A DNA stretch of 59,146 nucleotides, from the IMG/VR virus record IMGVR_UViG_2029527005_000013; one strand, written 5' to 3'. This document shows positions 1 to 8,759 of the stretch, one piece after another. Origin of the DNA: a virus. A model generated the notes under the pieces. It was not told the DNA's origin. It saw only the letters and a program-made list of their open reading frames with translations, and searched no databases. Numbering within the stretch: position 1 is the first letter of the stretch; each line of letters begins with the position of its first letter. The position numbers and the translations under genes were made by a program.

Positions 1-11
1 GAACGTGATGA

Positions 12-40
12 ATATTAGTGGAACTCGACCATGTTGTCAA
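12..40 (-). promoter_or_regulatory. sigma70-like promoter for the next gene beyond the left edge
   Basis: TTGACA-17-TAATAT on the minus strand. Confidence 0.5.
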
Positions 41-905
41 CCGATTTGAAAATATTATTTTCATTTCGGCCTTTGAGGTTCTTCATCCACGGATACGCAG
101 AGTAAACCTCGTCGATAACGCCAGTGAACACATCGGCACCGTAAGAGTAAATCCCATGCGTGGTGTACAGGATAACTTCACGGGCACCTTGGGCACGAAG
201 AACTTTACCCAGTTCGATGAATGTACGACCGCCGTCGCAGATGTCATCAATCATGACAACACGCTCACCTTCCACACTCGGGCCGGAGTAAGTGGTATTG
301 GTGATCTCGTTGGTCAGAAGGTTACGGGTCTTGTTGCCAACACCGATTTCAGTATGACCGACCAGTTTTGCCAGCTTACTGACTTTCTTGATTGCCCCGG
401 CGTCCGGTGCGACGATAATCGCATCACCAAAGAAGCCATCACCTAAAATTTCCAGCGCCATCTCATACTGCTCAAAGATGGATACGTTCTTGATGTGTGA
501 CGGAGACACATCGGAGTGCGGGTCATCCACAATCACACGGTCAAAGTTGCACAGGTTCAGGACTTGTCCGAACACTGCCGCCGACAGAGGCTCACCGTTG
601 GTCATCACACGGTCCTGGCGGGCGTATGGGATATACGGTAAGTACAGGACCTTCTTGCACAGGTGCCCGGTGCCGCGACCGATACGGTTCCATGCGTCGT
701 TAAACAGAAGCAGGTCCATCAGGGAATCTGAACTGTCAACGTGGGCATAGACAACGAGGTCTTTGTCACCCGTCAACGGTTTTTCCAGGTTTGCGTCGAA
801 TGGACTTGGGTGTTTGTAGCCCTTGATTCGTACATTGCGTTCACCCCCGGCAAAGCCGGAGACTTCCACGTTCAATGACGAGCCACCGAAAATTGCGTTA
901 ATCAT
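15..905 (-). CDS. prs: Ribose-phosphate pyrophosphokinase-like enzyme (possible ADPR-PP synthetase Adps of the NARP1 pathway)
   Basis: PYIPYARQDR, DPHS, IVAPDAGA and VMIDDICDGGRTF PRPP-synthetase/PRTase motifs; GGAG RBS. Confidence 0.9.
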   Translation of the reverse strand: MINAIFGGSSLNVEVSGFAGGERNVRIKGYKHPSPFDANLEKPLTGDKDLVVYAHVDSSDSLMDLLLFNDAWNRIGRGTGHLCKKVLYLPYIPYARQDRVMTNGEPLSAAVFGQVLNLCNFDRVIVDDPHSDVSPSHIKNVSIFEQYEMALEILGDGFFGDAIIVAPDAGAIKKVSKLAKLVGHTEIGVGNKTRNLLTNEITNTTYSGPSVEGERVVMIDDICDGGRTFIELGKVLRAQGAREVILYTTHGIYSYGADVFTGVIDEVYSAYPWMKNLKGRNENNIFKSVDNMVEFH

Positions 906-934
906 GTTTCTCTCCTCTCAGTTAAAGTACAGCG

Positions 935-963
935 ATCTTACAAAAAGAAAAAGGCCCCGTCAA
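935..963 (-). promoter_or_regulatory. sigma70-like promoter of the prs-like gene, with -35 inside the terminator loop
   Basis: TTGACG-17-TAAGAT on the minus strand. Confidence 0.55.
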
Positions 964-972
964 GGGCCTTTT
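942..972 (-). terminator. Rho-independent terminator after the LamG-like gene
   Basis: AAAAGGCCC/GGGCCTTTT hairpin followed by a U-rich tract on the minus strand. Confidence 0.75.
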
Positions 973-973
973 G

Positions 974-1633
974 TTATTTAAAAGTAATTTTCAAACTCTT
1001 GAGGTATCCGCGCCACCCGGTGGTCCACGTGTATGAACCCCCGACAGACAGCTTCGACCCATTGCCAATGGTGTTGGCAGGGACAGACACGGAGGAGAAA
1101 AGATTCCCGTCTCGGTAGACAGAGATCAAACCGCTGCCGTTTGCATTCCTCTCGAACCTGACCGTTTCCCAAACATAGATGTTCGTTGTGTTCGGTGGTA
1201 ATCCACGAACCCAGTTGCCATCAGTACCCATAAGGAAATACTGGATATATGTTGCAGGATACTGCCCGACAGAAAGGGAGATGCCCGGCGTAGCCGTGTG
1301 ACCGGACGGGAAGTTTCCAGTCTCAAAGATTGACCCTTGACGTGCAGGACCGCCAGTGGGCCACTTGAACACCGCTTCGATGACGGAAGCCTTCCCTGGG
1401 ATGTTCAAATCCTTGACCATCGGCGTTTCGAAATAGCCGCCCCCGGGGAAATAGAAACATTTCCCAACATCAGGGTCATCGACAACTCCACCATCTGTAC
1501 CCAGCGTACCGACAAGGGTGAACGGGTGACCATTCTTGTCCCTGAACACCTTACTGCCGACATCAAGATTTTCAAAATCAATGTCGAGGCCCGCTGCCCC
1601 TTTGTTACCACCAATCATCAACAGTTCATTCAT
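974..1633 (-). CDS. Concanavalin A/LamG-like beta-sandwich protein, probably virion-associated
   Basis: Start MNELLMIGG after CAGGAGGA; Gly/aromatic beta pattern ending LSVGGS..W.GYLKSLKI typical of LamG domains. Confidence 0.6.
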   Translation of the reverse strand: MNELLMIGGNKGAAGLDIDFENLDVGSKVFRDKNGHPFTLVGTLGTDGGVVDDPDVGKCFYFPGGGYFETPMVKDLNIPGKASVIEAVFKWPTGGPARQGSIFETGNFPSGHTATPGISLSVGQYPATYIQYFLMGTDGNWVRGLPPNTTNIYVWETVRFERNANGSGLISVYRDGNLFSSVSVPANTIGNGSKLSVGGSYTWTTGWRGYLKSLKITFK

Positions 1634-1667
1634 GTTTTCCTCCTGCCCCCATTTTAACAAAAATCGG

Positions 1668-2045
1668 TCAGATAGTCATTCCGTACTTCCCGAGGATCAG
1701 TGGGTTGTTGACCACGATGTAAATTCTGGTCCTTATCTCACCATCGGTGTTCATGTTTTCACGTTGAGTAGAGATGTACCCTGCTTTCTCCATCTTCGTC
1801 ATGAACTGACTAATCTTTGGCCTTGAATTTGGTGACAGGCCGAACATGACTGCCAGCTTCTCCTGCGACTCATAAAAGCAGCGCCGGATGTCACGGCCTT
1901 CATCCGATGCAATCTTCGCAAAGAAGTCAAATCTCCAACTAAGCAAAACCATCCTTTTCAGTTCCTCTCCCTTCAGGTCAATGACCCACTCGTAAGGGAA
2001 CTGTACGAAAGGTGCCTCCTTAACATCCAAATCTAAGTTTCCCAC
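1668..2045 (-). CDS. Winged helix-turn-helix DNA-binding protein (replication-initiator-like)
   Basis: SQEKLAVMFGLS...ISQFMTKMEKAGYIS wHTH pattern; GTG start with AGGAGG RBS; next to the AT-rich tract. Confidence 0.55.
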   Translation of the reverse strand: MGNLDLDVKEAPFVQFPYEWVIDLKGEELKRMVLLSWRFDFFAKIASDEGRDIRRCFYESQEKLAVMFGLSPNSRPKISQFMTKMEKAGYISTQRENMNTDGEIRTRIYIVVNNPLILGKYGMTI

Positions 2046-2119
2046 GTACCCTCCTTAACATAACCAACCATCAGTTTTACACGAGTTCAAAAAGGAGTCA
2101 ACCCTGTTGTACCCAAAAA

Positions 2120-2340
2120 GGAACACTATACTATATTATCTTTAAACCCTCGCTACGCTCGCCCTCCGGGTCCGGTTTATTAATCTCATAATTTATTCGT
2201 TACACTCATAAATTATTATCTTTATAATTATTATTCATATCCATTCATAATAATTATTAAAAACAAGAAAACAATAGGTTTTTACTATGGATCTAACAGA
2301 TCTTTATATAGATCTTACATGAAAAATTTGAAATTTAAAG
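2120..2340. other. AT-rich non-coding tract, candidate replication origin
   Basis: Very AT-rich relative to the window; repeated CTCATAA/TTCATAA; three GATCT units at 2290, 2299, 2311. Confidence 0.4.
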
Positions 2341-2342
2341 TA

Positions 2343-2371
2343 TTGACACGAGGATCATTTGATCTTATGAT
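2343..2371 (+). promoter_or_regulatory. sigma70 promoter opening the rightward block
   Basis: TTGACA-17-TATGAT with AT-rich UP region. Confidence 0.75.
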
Positions 2372-2411
2372 ACACCACATCGAAACGAGACAACCATACG
2401 AGGGTTATAGA

Positions 2412-2693
2412 ATGTTATTGAATAAGAGACGCAATAAAATGGATGAACTGGAATTAGCCCACCTGGAAGCTGTGCGTGAGGCATGGCACTCAGCGAAAGC
2501 TGGCCTGAAGGTCTGCATGGTCTCTGTCTACGAGTGTGGGTGGGACACCCTTCTGGGGCAGTATTATGGGGTGATGATCAAATATGTGGAAAAGGGCTTG
2601 ATTTATCATCGTGTGGAAGATAGTATGAAGCCTGAACTCCAGCTTAACGCTGACGACCTCGAAAATGTATTGATTACGATGGAGATGATCTGA
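2412..2693 (+). CDS. Hypothetical protein
   Basis: ORF downstream of the promoter; start moved to ATG 2412 (GAGG RBS). Confidence 0.6.
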   Translation: MLLNKRRNKMDELELAHLEAVREAWHSAKAGLKVCMVSVYECGWDTLLGQYYGVMIKYVEKGLIYHRVEDSMKPELQLNADDLENVLITMEMI

Positions 2694-2818
2694 TGAAACA
2701 GTGTGTGAATGAAGTTGTGGCCTTCGGTATGAACGATACCGAACTCCGTGTGGTAGCTACCGTGGCGGCATTTGCCGCCGTCGTGTACTTCTTTAAACTT
2801 ATCCACAAATACTCATAA
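2693..2818 (+). CDS. Small membrane protein (41 aa), paralog of the next gene
   Basis: MKQCVNEVVAFGMN... plus one hydrophobic helix; absent from the ORF track. Confidence 0.6.
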   Translation: MKQCVNEVVAFGMNDTELRVVATVAAFAAVVYFFKLIHKYS

Positions 2819-2828
2819 GGATCAGATC

Positions 2829-3047
2829 ATGGAACAGTGCGTAAACAATGTTGTGGCATTCGGTCTCAATGGACTGGAGTTCTGTACCTTGGTGGCAGTT
2901 GCACTTGTGTGCCTCTGCATCGCACTCATCAAATATCTAAATCAGGGTATTGGCGAGACCAAGGAGGAGCGCTGGGCGAGGAAGAATCCGTTCTTGGCTG
3001 TGGATATGGATCTGCATCCTCGTGGGAAGAAACGCGATGTGTGGTAA
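2829..3047 (+). CDS. Small membrane protein
   Basis: MEQCVNNVVAFGLN... one TM helix; AAGGA RBS. Confidence 0.65.
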   Translation: MEQCVNNVVAFGLNGLEFCTLVAVALVCLCIALIKYLNQGIGETKEERWARKNPFLAVDMDLHPRGKKRDVW

Positions 3048-3237
3048 CTGTGCTGACGGGTCATACCCGAACTACGGCGTAGGGCCGCACATCTGCTTCT
3101 ACAAGATCCCCGGCGCATCGATTGGACAATCTGTCCCGCTGCCGGAGTTACCGGATAACTATGTCGAAGACCCAGAGTGCCCCGGCCTGGGTGTTTGGTA
3201 TTGTCCAGAGTGCCGGGCAGGTATGAAGGAGACGTAA
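3037..3237 (+). CDS. Small Cys-rich (Zn-binding) hypothetical protein
   Basis: CxxC, CPG and CPEC motifs; coupled to neighbouring ORFs. Confidence 0.55.
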   Translation: MCGNCADGSYPNYGVGPHICFYKIPGASIGQSVPLPELPDNYVEDPECPGLGVWYCPECRAGMKET

Positions 3238-3536
3238 TGGCACTAAATTTTAGTGATGGTGTAGTTGACCGGATGGAGGAAATCTACCGGGCGCAGGAGA
3301 AGCCCCGCTTTTACAAGTGGACGATTGACATGAACGATCAGTTGGAGTACGTCGAGGAGCGGATTAACCGCGCCGGGATTGATCTGACTGTCACGAAGGT
3401 GAAGCAGAACTGTGACAACATGCACCTTACAGTATCCGGCGACCCGGATCACGTTGCATGGATGGACATGGCGCTTCTCGTTTGGTCACACAATAGACGG
3501 TGCGTACACCTGCTGGTGCTGGAGCATACCGGATGA
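3237..3536 (+). CDS. Hypothetical protein
   Basis: TAATG coupling, GGAG RBS. Confidence 0.6.
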   Translation: MALNFSDGVVDRMEEIYRAQEKPRFYKWTIDMNDQLEYVEERINRAGIDLTVTKVKQNCDNMHLTVSGDPDHVAWMDMALLVWSHNRRCVHLLVLEHTG

Positions 3537-3865
3537 CAGAGACAATTATCGCGTATAAGTTGTTTCGTGTGCGAAAGGATGGTACGATAGGCCCTCTGTT
3601 CATCAACAGGCCGCTTGTGGTGGTCCCTGGTGAGTGGATGGAGGCAGAGTGCCACCCGACTAAGGGCTTCGCCTTACGGCCCGGCTGGCACTGCACACTG
3701 GCCCCTGTAGCGCCTCATTTGAAGACGGACCTGAAGTCGGGGGAAGTCCGCAAGTGGTACAAGGTGGAAGTGCAGGGCATAACAACATTCCAGAGGCCGG
3801 AGTCCCAAGGTGGGACGTGGGTCCTGGCAGAAAGACTTCGTGTCGTGGAGGAAATCGATGTGTGA
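3533..3865 (+). CDS. Conserved phage hypothetical protein
   Basis: AYKLFR...PLFIN...GF..RPGWHC...RPESQGG.W.LA motif; ATGA coupling. Confidence 0.7.
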   Translation: MTETIIAYKLFRVRKDGTIGPLFINRPLVVVPGEWMEAECHPTKGFALRPGWHCTLAPVAPHLKTDLKSGEVRKWYKVEVQGITTFQRPESQGGTWVLAERLRVVEEIDV

Positions 3866-4076
3866 GTGCGAAGAGTGCAAACGTAGTCTCCGGGTAGATA
3901 AGATCCGTGACTTCCTGAAGGAGCATGGGCAGAAAGAACTCTTGGAGCACCTTGAGGAGTTGTACGATACATACGCCCATGATAGTATGGATCACGACAT
4001 GCTGAAGGCCATTGTTGAAAACAAGTGGCCCTCTGCTGAATTTCAAATGAAGAAGTGGGGGTGGCGTCGTGGGTAA
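3858..4076 (+). CDS. Hypothetical protein
   Basis: GGAGG RBS, coupled ORF. Confidence 0.55.
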   Translation: MCECEECKRSLRVDKIRDFLKEHGQKELLEHLEELYDTYAHDSMDHDMLKAIVENKWPSAEFQMKKWGWRRG

Positions 4077-4452
4077 GAGCTTATCGGAGAAGTGGCTGGA
4101 AGCCGGGATTGACAAGTGCCTCCAGCCGCCCGTGAATGAAGAGATTCAGATCGTCGATGACGGGGATGAGCCGGAGTATGACTCTCCGCACGGCAGCGTG
4201 TGGATCGTTGCGGTTGATTACGCCGGGAAGGTGACTGTTCTGGAAACCCCGAACATCCATCACGCTTTCCTCGAAAACGGGCCAGAGGCGGAATACCTCG
4301 GCCTGCCGCCGGATGTGGATGACATGGACCCGGGTGTTTATCGCTGGACGTGCAGTTATCATGCAAGCACGGACTGGGAAACCCAAGTCTGTGATGGTTG
4401 GGATTTCCATGTGGAAGAATCGGTGTTGCTCTGGTCTCCAGATAATGCTTGA
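4069..4452 (+). CDS. Acidic hypothetical protein
   Basis: 127 aa ORF in operon context. Confidence 0.6.
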   Translation: MGKSLSEKWLEAGIDKCLQPPVNEEIQIVDDGDEPEYDSPHGSVWIVAVDYAGKVTVLETPNIHHAFLENGPEAEYLGLPPDVDDMDPGVYRWTCSYHASTDWETQVCDGWDFHVEESVLLWSPDNA

Positions 4453-4535
4453 CGCGATCCGATTCCTTGCGGTATTCTTAGTTTCCGGCGGCGTACTTGT
4501 CGCCGGGCTTACAATTGTGGCATTGAGGAGATAAT

Positions 4536-5918
4536 ATGTCTAACGTAACGAGCATTCTCGCAGAACTGGCAGCAACCCGATCCCTGAAGGAGAAGGAAGC
4601 GATCCTGCGGGCCAATGCGGACAACGAAGGTCTTAAACAAGCCTTCCAGATCGCATACTCCAAAGAACTGAACTTCTTTGTCCGTGGGATGAAGAACATG
4701 TACGAAGATAGTGTTGGCCTGCGACCGCTGGCAGACTCTATCAATGATCTGGTCGAGAACATCGCGTCCCGCCGCTTCACCGGGGACGACGCCAAGTCGT
4801 ATATGGAACAGTTGGTCGGCCTGTGTGCAGAGCCGGGCACACTGCTGCGAGTGATCAACCGCGACTTGGAGTGCGGCATCCAGACGACACTGACCAACAA
4901 GGTGTGGAAGGATCTGATCACGGAACCTCCGTATCAGAGCTACACCCTGTTCAAAGAAGATCTGCTGCGTAAGTTCGACTACAAGGGCGCTTTCTCCGAC
5001 GAGAAGATGGACGGCCTGTATGCTGACATCATGGTGTGGCCTGAGCAGGTGATCTACCGCTCCCGCTCCGGCAAGGAACTCAACTTCCGCGCCCCGGAGA
5101 ACGTTGAACGTGCGCTGATGAAGGCGGCAGTTGACGATGACGGCACAGCCAAGCCATATGTGGCACATGGTGAAGGTCTGGTTATTGATCCGAACGGCCT
5201 GCATGGTGTTATGGAACGTGCCGAGGGCAACGGCTACCTGAACCAAGACCCGGCAGACATCGATCGTAATCGTGTCCGGCTGGTGATCTGGGACCGTGTG
5301 ACAATGGACGAGTACATCGCCCGTAAGTCGAAGCGTCCATACAGTGAACGCCGCATGTCGGCGCAGGGCCTCGCCTGGTGGGTTGAAGATCCTGAGCACA
5401 TGCAGTTCGTTAAGGGCCGTCAGATCAATAGCCTCAAAGAGGCGATCGACCACTTTATCGAGATGCGTTTGCAGAAGAAAGAGGGCACCGTCCTCAAAGA
5501 AGCAAACATGCCGTGGGGCGACAACAAGACGAAGAAAGGCGTCAAGTTGAAGAACGAGTTCGATGTGGATCTGGTTGTGATCGGTACGACCCCGCACAAG
5601 AAAGATCCGGCGCTGGTCGGTTCACTGATCTGTCAAACTCGTGACGGCCTGCTGGAAGTCGGTGTTGGTTCCGGGCTTACCGATGCGCTTCGCAAGAAGC
5701 CAGCGGAGTATTTCATCGGGCAGATCATCACGATCAAGGCCAATGACATCACCAAGTCGGAAACCAAAGAGCTTCAGTCTCTGTTCCTGCCACGCCTGAA
5801 CTACAAGTTCGTGGAGATCCGCATGGACAAGACCGTGGCGAACAGCCTGGAAGAAGTGATCGAGGCATCTGATTCGTTGCTGGATCTGCTGCGGGCAATC
5901 GCGGAGGATCTGGAATGA
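4536..5918 (+). CDS. lig: ATP-dependent DNA ligase
   Basis: Motif I EKMDG, HGE, EGTVLK, KLK motif V, C-terminal OB fold VGSG...LFLP. Confidence 0.93.
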   Translation: MSNVTSILAELAATRSLKEKEAILRANADNEGLKQAFQIAYSKELNFFVRGMKNMYEDSVGLRPLADSINDLVENIASRRFTGDDAKSYMEQLVGLCAEPGTLLRVINRDLECGIQTTLTNKVWKDLITEPPYQSYTLFKEDLLRKFDYKGAFSDEKMDGLYADIMVWPEQVIYRSRSGKELNFRAPENVERALMKAAVDDDGTAKPYVAHGEGLVIDPNGLHGVMERAEGNGYLNQDPADIDRNRVRLVIWDRVTMDEYIARKSKRPYSERRMSAQGLAWWVEDPEHMQFVKGRQINSLKEAIDHFIEMRLQKKEGTVLKEANMPWGDNKTKKGVKLKNEFDVDLVVIGTTPHKKDPALVGSLICQTRDGLLEVGVGSGLTDALRKKPAEYFIGQIITIKANDITKSETKELQSLFLPRLNYKFVEIRMDKTVANSLEEVIEASDSLLDLLRAIAEDLE

Positions 5919-6355
5919 CGGGATTCTGGGTTGGGTTTATTCTCTTCCTTGTCCTTGTTGCTGCATGGCTATGGGACAAGTTTGTAACTCCACGGCGGGC
6001 CACCCGGCCCCCGGTGCTGAAGATCATGGAGTTGATTCAGGACGGGAAGACCTTCACCGTCTATGACAACCTATCTGCGGCTGACAGAAAAGCCTGTCCT
6101 ATGGCGGATTACGTTGTCATGGACAACGAGCGGAAGGTGAAGACCTACTTCTTCTGGGAAGTCTTCCACGAGGTCGCTATGGTAGAGGGCGATCTCGACT
6201 GGATGAATCAGCACGAGAAGGATCGTGTGTTCAAGGTTGTGTCCGGCATCTGTAGTGCCCGGTTCCGGGCCTGGCGTAAGGCCAGCGATCTGGAAAAAGC
6301 GGCCCGTGACGATAAGCGTCGTGACGAAGCCAAAAAGATTTACGAAAGTCGTTGA
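5915..6355 (+). CDS. Membrane-anchored hypothetical protein
   Basis: N-terminal TM helix; ATGA overlap with the ligase. Confidence 0.65.
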   Translation: MTGFWVGFILFLVLVAAWLWDKFVTPRRATRPPVLKIMELIQDGKTFTVYDNLSAADRKACPMADYVVMDNERKVKTYFFWEVFHEVAMVEGDLDWMNQHEKDRVFKVVSGICSARFRAWRKASDLEKAARDDKRRDEAKKIYESR

Positions 6356-6379
6356 CAGTGTACCGGGGTCATGTATAAT
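6352..6379 (+). promoter_or_regulatory. sigma70-like promoter, 16-bp-spacer class
   Basis: TTGACA-16-TATAAT. Confidence 0.7.
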
Positions 6380-6409
6380 GGCCCCACTGAAACAGAAAAG
6401 GAGAAGTTG

Positions 6410-6772
6410 ATGTCCCAGTTTATTAAAGATGCCATTCGTACCGAGTCCCACAATTTCTATCTGGACAACGTTGGCCCGCGCCTTATCCACGCCTCTATGG
6501 GCTTGGTAACCGAAGCGGCTGAGTTCCAAGATGCCCTGAAGAAGTCCCTGTTCTACGGCAAGCCGCTGGACACGACTAACCTGAAGGAAGAAATGGGCGA
6601 CCTGCTGTGGTATCTGGCGCTGGCGATGGATGCTCTGGAAACTGACTTCGACGCCGAGCAGGATCGTGTTATCCGCAAGCTGAAGGCTCGTTACCCGAGC
6701 AAATTCGAGAACGACCTGGCGGAAAACCGCGATCTGGCGACTGAACGTAAGATCCTGGAGACCGATAAGTAA
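6410..6772 (+). CDS. MazG-like NTP pyrophosphohydrolase
   Basis: GLVTEAAEF..LKK...LKEEMGDLLWY all-alpha NTP-PPase motif. Confidence 0.85.
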   Translation: MSQFIKDAIRTESHNFYLDNVGPRLIHASMGLVTEAAEFQDALKKSLFYGKPLDTTNLKEEMGDLLWYLALAMDALETDFDAEQDRVIRKLKARYPSKFENDLAENRDLATERKILETDK

Positions 6773-6948
6773 TGCCGCTGTACTCGTACAAATGCCCCGG
6801 CTGCGGGGCTGTCTTTGACCAGAATCGCAAGATTGCAGAACGTGAAACTGCCCCTTGCAAATGTGGCGAGACTGCTGTAAAGTCTTTATCCGCCCCTCGT
6901 GGCATTAAGAACGGGTATTTCGAGCAAGGCCGGATGTTCGTTCGATAG
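6772..6948 (+). CDS. FmdB-family zinc-ribbon protein (58 aa)
   Basis: MPLYSYKCPGCGAVF...PCKCG...LSAP; absent from the ORF track. Confidence 0.75.
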   Translation: MPLYSYKCPGCGAVFDQNRKIAERETAPCKCGETAVKSLSAPRGIKNGYFEQGRMFVR

Positions 6949-6961
6949 TTTCAAAAAGTTG

Positions 6962-6990
6962 TTGACGTACTGAAAATTACCGGGCATAAT
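6962..6990 (+). promoter_or_regulatory. sigma70 promoter
   Basis: TTGACG-17-CATAAT. Confidence 0.65.
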
Positions 6991-7023
6991 GCTCACACAT
7001 TCACTGAAGAGGAGTAACACACA

Positions 7024-7353
7024 ATGGCTAAAGTAGAACTGATCAAAACCCTGCCGTCTGACATCGAAACCCGTAAGCGCCTGGCAAACATCGTTCAGGA
7101 AGGCGTAGAAGCAGTACGTCGCCAGAAAGATGCGGCGCAGGACCTGAAAGATATTCTGGCAATCACCAAAGAAGACCTGAATATCGATCCGAAATTCCTG
7201 CGTACCCTGATCAACGGCGAATACGACAAGCAGGACGCCGCAGAGAAGAAACGTGCGGCGCTGGAAGACCAGATTGAGCAACTGAACGAACTGGACATCC
7301 TGATGGGCCGTGAGCGTGTCGAAGGCGAATCCATCGACGAAAACGGCGAGTAA
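7024..7353 (+). CDS. dsDNA-binding protein, T4 DsbA/GapR-like (tentative)
   Basis: Helical 109 aa protein with LKDIL...KEDLNIDPKFLRTLI pattern; strong codon bias; GAGGAG RBS. Confidence 0.5.
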   Translation: MAKVELIKTLPSDIETRKRLANIVQEGVEAVRRQKDAAQDLKDILAITKEDLNIDPKFLRTLINGEYDKQDAAEKKRAALEDQIEQLNELDILMGRERVEGESIDENGE

Positions 7354-7432
7354 TATTTAGTTCGGACTGTGCAGTAAGCCGCCCCATTAGGGGCGGATAA
7401 CCCTAAAATAATTGAGAAAGGAGATTTACACT

Positions 7433-7717
7433 ATGAATATCAACTTCAACGATGCTACCTTCGAAAAACTGCGTTTCCTGGCTGACCGTGAAGGTCGTTC
7501 CGTAGCCGCTTTCGTCTCCATGCGTATGGATGAACTGGCAGGCCAACTGGTCAACACCACGTTTACCCTGAACGCGGTCCCTGAAGGTGTTCAACTGGCG
7601 CATCTGGACCCGACCCCACGCCCGGCACCGACTGTCACCGACCGCGAGTTCGTTGACTACTCCCGCCTGAATCACCGCAGCGACAACAGCCGCCGCTACG
7701 CTGAAGACCAATACTAA
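7433..7717 (+). CDS. Ribbon-helix-helix DNA-binding protein
   Basis: MNINFNDATFEKLRFLADREGRSVAAFV RHH signature. Confidence 0.65.
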   Translation: MNINFNDATFEKLRFLADREGRSVAAFVSMRMDELAGQLVNTTFTLNAVPEGVQLAHLDPTPRPAPTVTDREFVDYSRLNHRSDNSRRYAEDQY

Positions 7718-7720
7718 AAG

Positions 7721-7748
7721 AACCGCCCTTCGGGGCGGTTTTTCTTTA
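7721..7748 (+). terminator. Rho-independent terminator
   Basis: ACCGCCC-TTCG-GGGCGGT + T tract. Confidence 0.9.
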
Positions 7749-7756
7749 TCTGCCTA

Positions 7757-7784
7757 TTGACTCCTGCCTCCACTCCTGTATACT
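7757..7784 (+). promoter_or_regulatory. sigma70-like promoter, 16-bp-spacer class
   Basis: TTGACT-16-TATACT. Confidence 0.7.
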
Positions 7785-7817
7785 ACTCCCATCAGACAAC
7801 GAAAGAGAGGAAATATC

Positions 7818-8324
7818 ATGTCAAATAATCTGTTCCTGAACCGTTTAGAGAAGTGGATCACCAATGTGTCAGTTTATCCGCCCGCAGAGCTTTACTTCCA
7901 GGCTCCAAAAAGCCAAGAGAAAAAAGAGAAGCGTTGCAAGGAGATCTGTGAGGCCCTGTATAAGTTCAACTGGGAAGGGGCCAAGTATCCAAACCCGATC
8001 GGAACCGTCCGCGAGATAGTCCGCGAGATGTGTGTGCTGGACAGGATGTTTGAGTACAACCCTTTCCCACCGAAGTACGAAAATATTGTAAAACTGGTTG
8101 CAAAGTTTGTGAATAATGCGGATAATCTTGTTGCGGCCTTGGATAAGATGCACGGGCAGAACGAACGGATGAAGGACTGGTACGATCACTGGAAGGTGGG
8201 TCAGTTGCGAATCCAGCTTCTCTCATACCGCTGGGGCGCGGATATTCTCCGTTTGGGGGATGACGACAAAGTGACAACCAAATTTATCGATGATGTTGAA
8301 CAGGCACAAAAGGAGATGAAATAA
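7818..8324 (+). CDS. Hypothetical protein
   Basis: 168 aa, GAGG RBS after the promoter. Confidence 0.7.
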   Translation: MSNNLFLNRLEKWITNVSVYPPAELYFQAPKSQEKKEKRCKEICEALYKFNWEGAKYPNPIGTVREIVREMCVLDRMFEYNPFPPKYENIVKLVAKFVNNADNLVAALDKMHGQNERMKDWYDHWKVGQLRIQLLSYRWGADILRLGDDDKVTTKFIDDVEQAQKEMK

Positions 8325-8545
8325 TGAGCGACACTAAAGCACTGGTTCTTGGTTTTGCACTGGGTTGCCTGATCACTGGCGTCCTGAACTTCTCTGCGGC
8401 ACATGCCGACCAGACGTTGGATCTGGAAGAGTCGTACCGCGACGGTGATTACACCGTCTGCATTTACAGCAACGGGCGTTCGTCTGCGGTGGTATACAAA
8501 GACGGCGCTGGTTCTTGCCCAAGCAAACACATTAAGAGGACCTGA
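8324..8545 (+). CDS. Small exported protein
   Basis: Signal peptide ending AHA|D; two Cys in the mature part. Confidence 0.6.
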   Translation: MSDTKALVLGFALGCLITGVLNFSAAHADQTLDLEESYRDGDYTVCIYSNGRSSAVVYKDGAGSCPSKHIKRT

Positions 8546-8546
8546 T

Positions 8547-8759
8547 ATGACTTACTTCAGACTGGTCACCGTAGACCGCTGCTGGCTTGAGATGGAGATT
8601 GCCAAGGGCACCATCTTCTACAAGCACTACAGCTTCGCCGATCCTGAGTGGGTCCCGTGCGGAGAATACCGTGAAGGACATGCAAGCTATGACCGCATGA
8701 GCGAGTGTGACGTGTTCAACATGATGAAACGAAGCAAAAACGTATACTGGAGGAACTGA
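8547..8759 (+). CDS. Hypothetical protein
   Basis: GAGGA RBS, coupled ORF. Confidence 0.55.
   Translation: MTYFRLVTVDRCWLEMEIAKGTIFYKHYSFADPEWVPCGEYREGHASYDRMSECDVFNMMKRSKNVYWRN

Noticed and set aside
2799-2807. Perfect DnaA box near the AT-rich tract
   Set aside because: Single copy inside a small coding sequence about 450 bp from the tract; compatible with chance.
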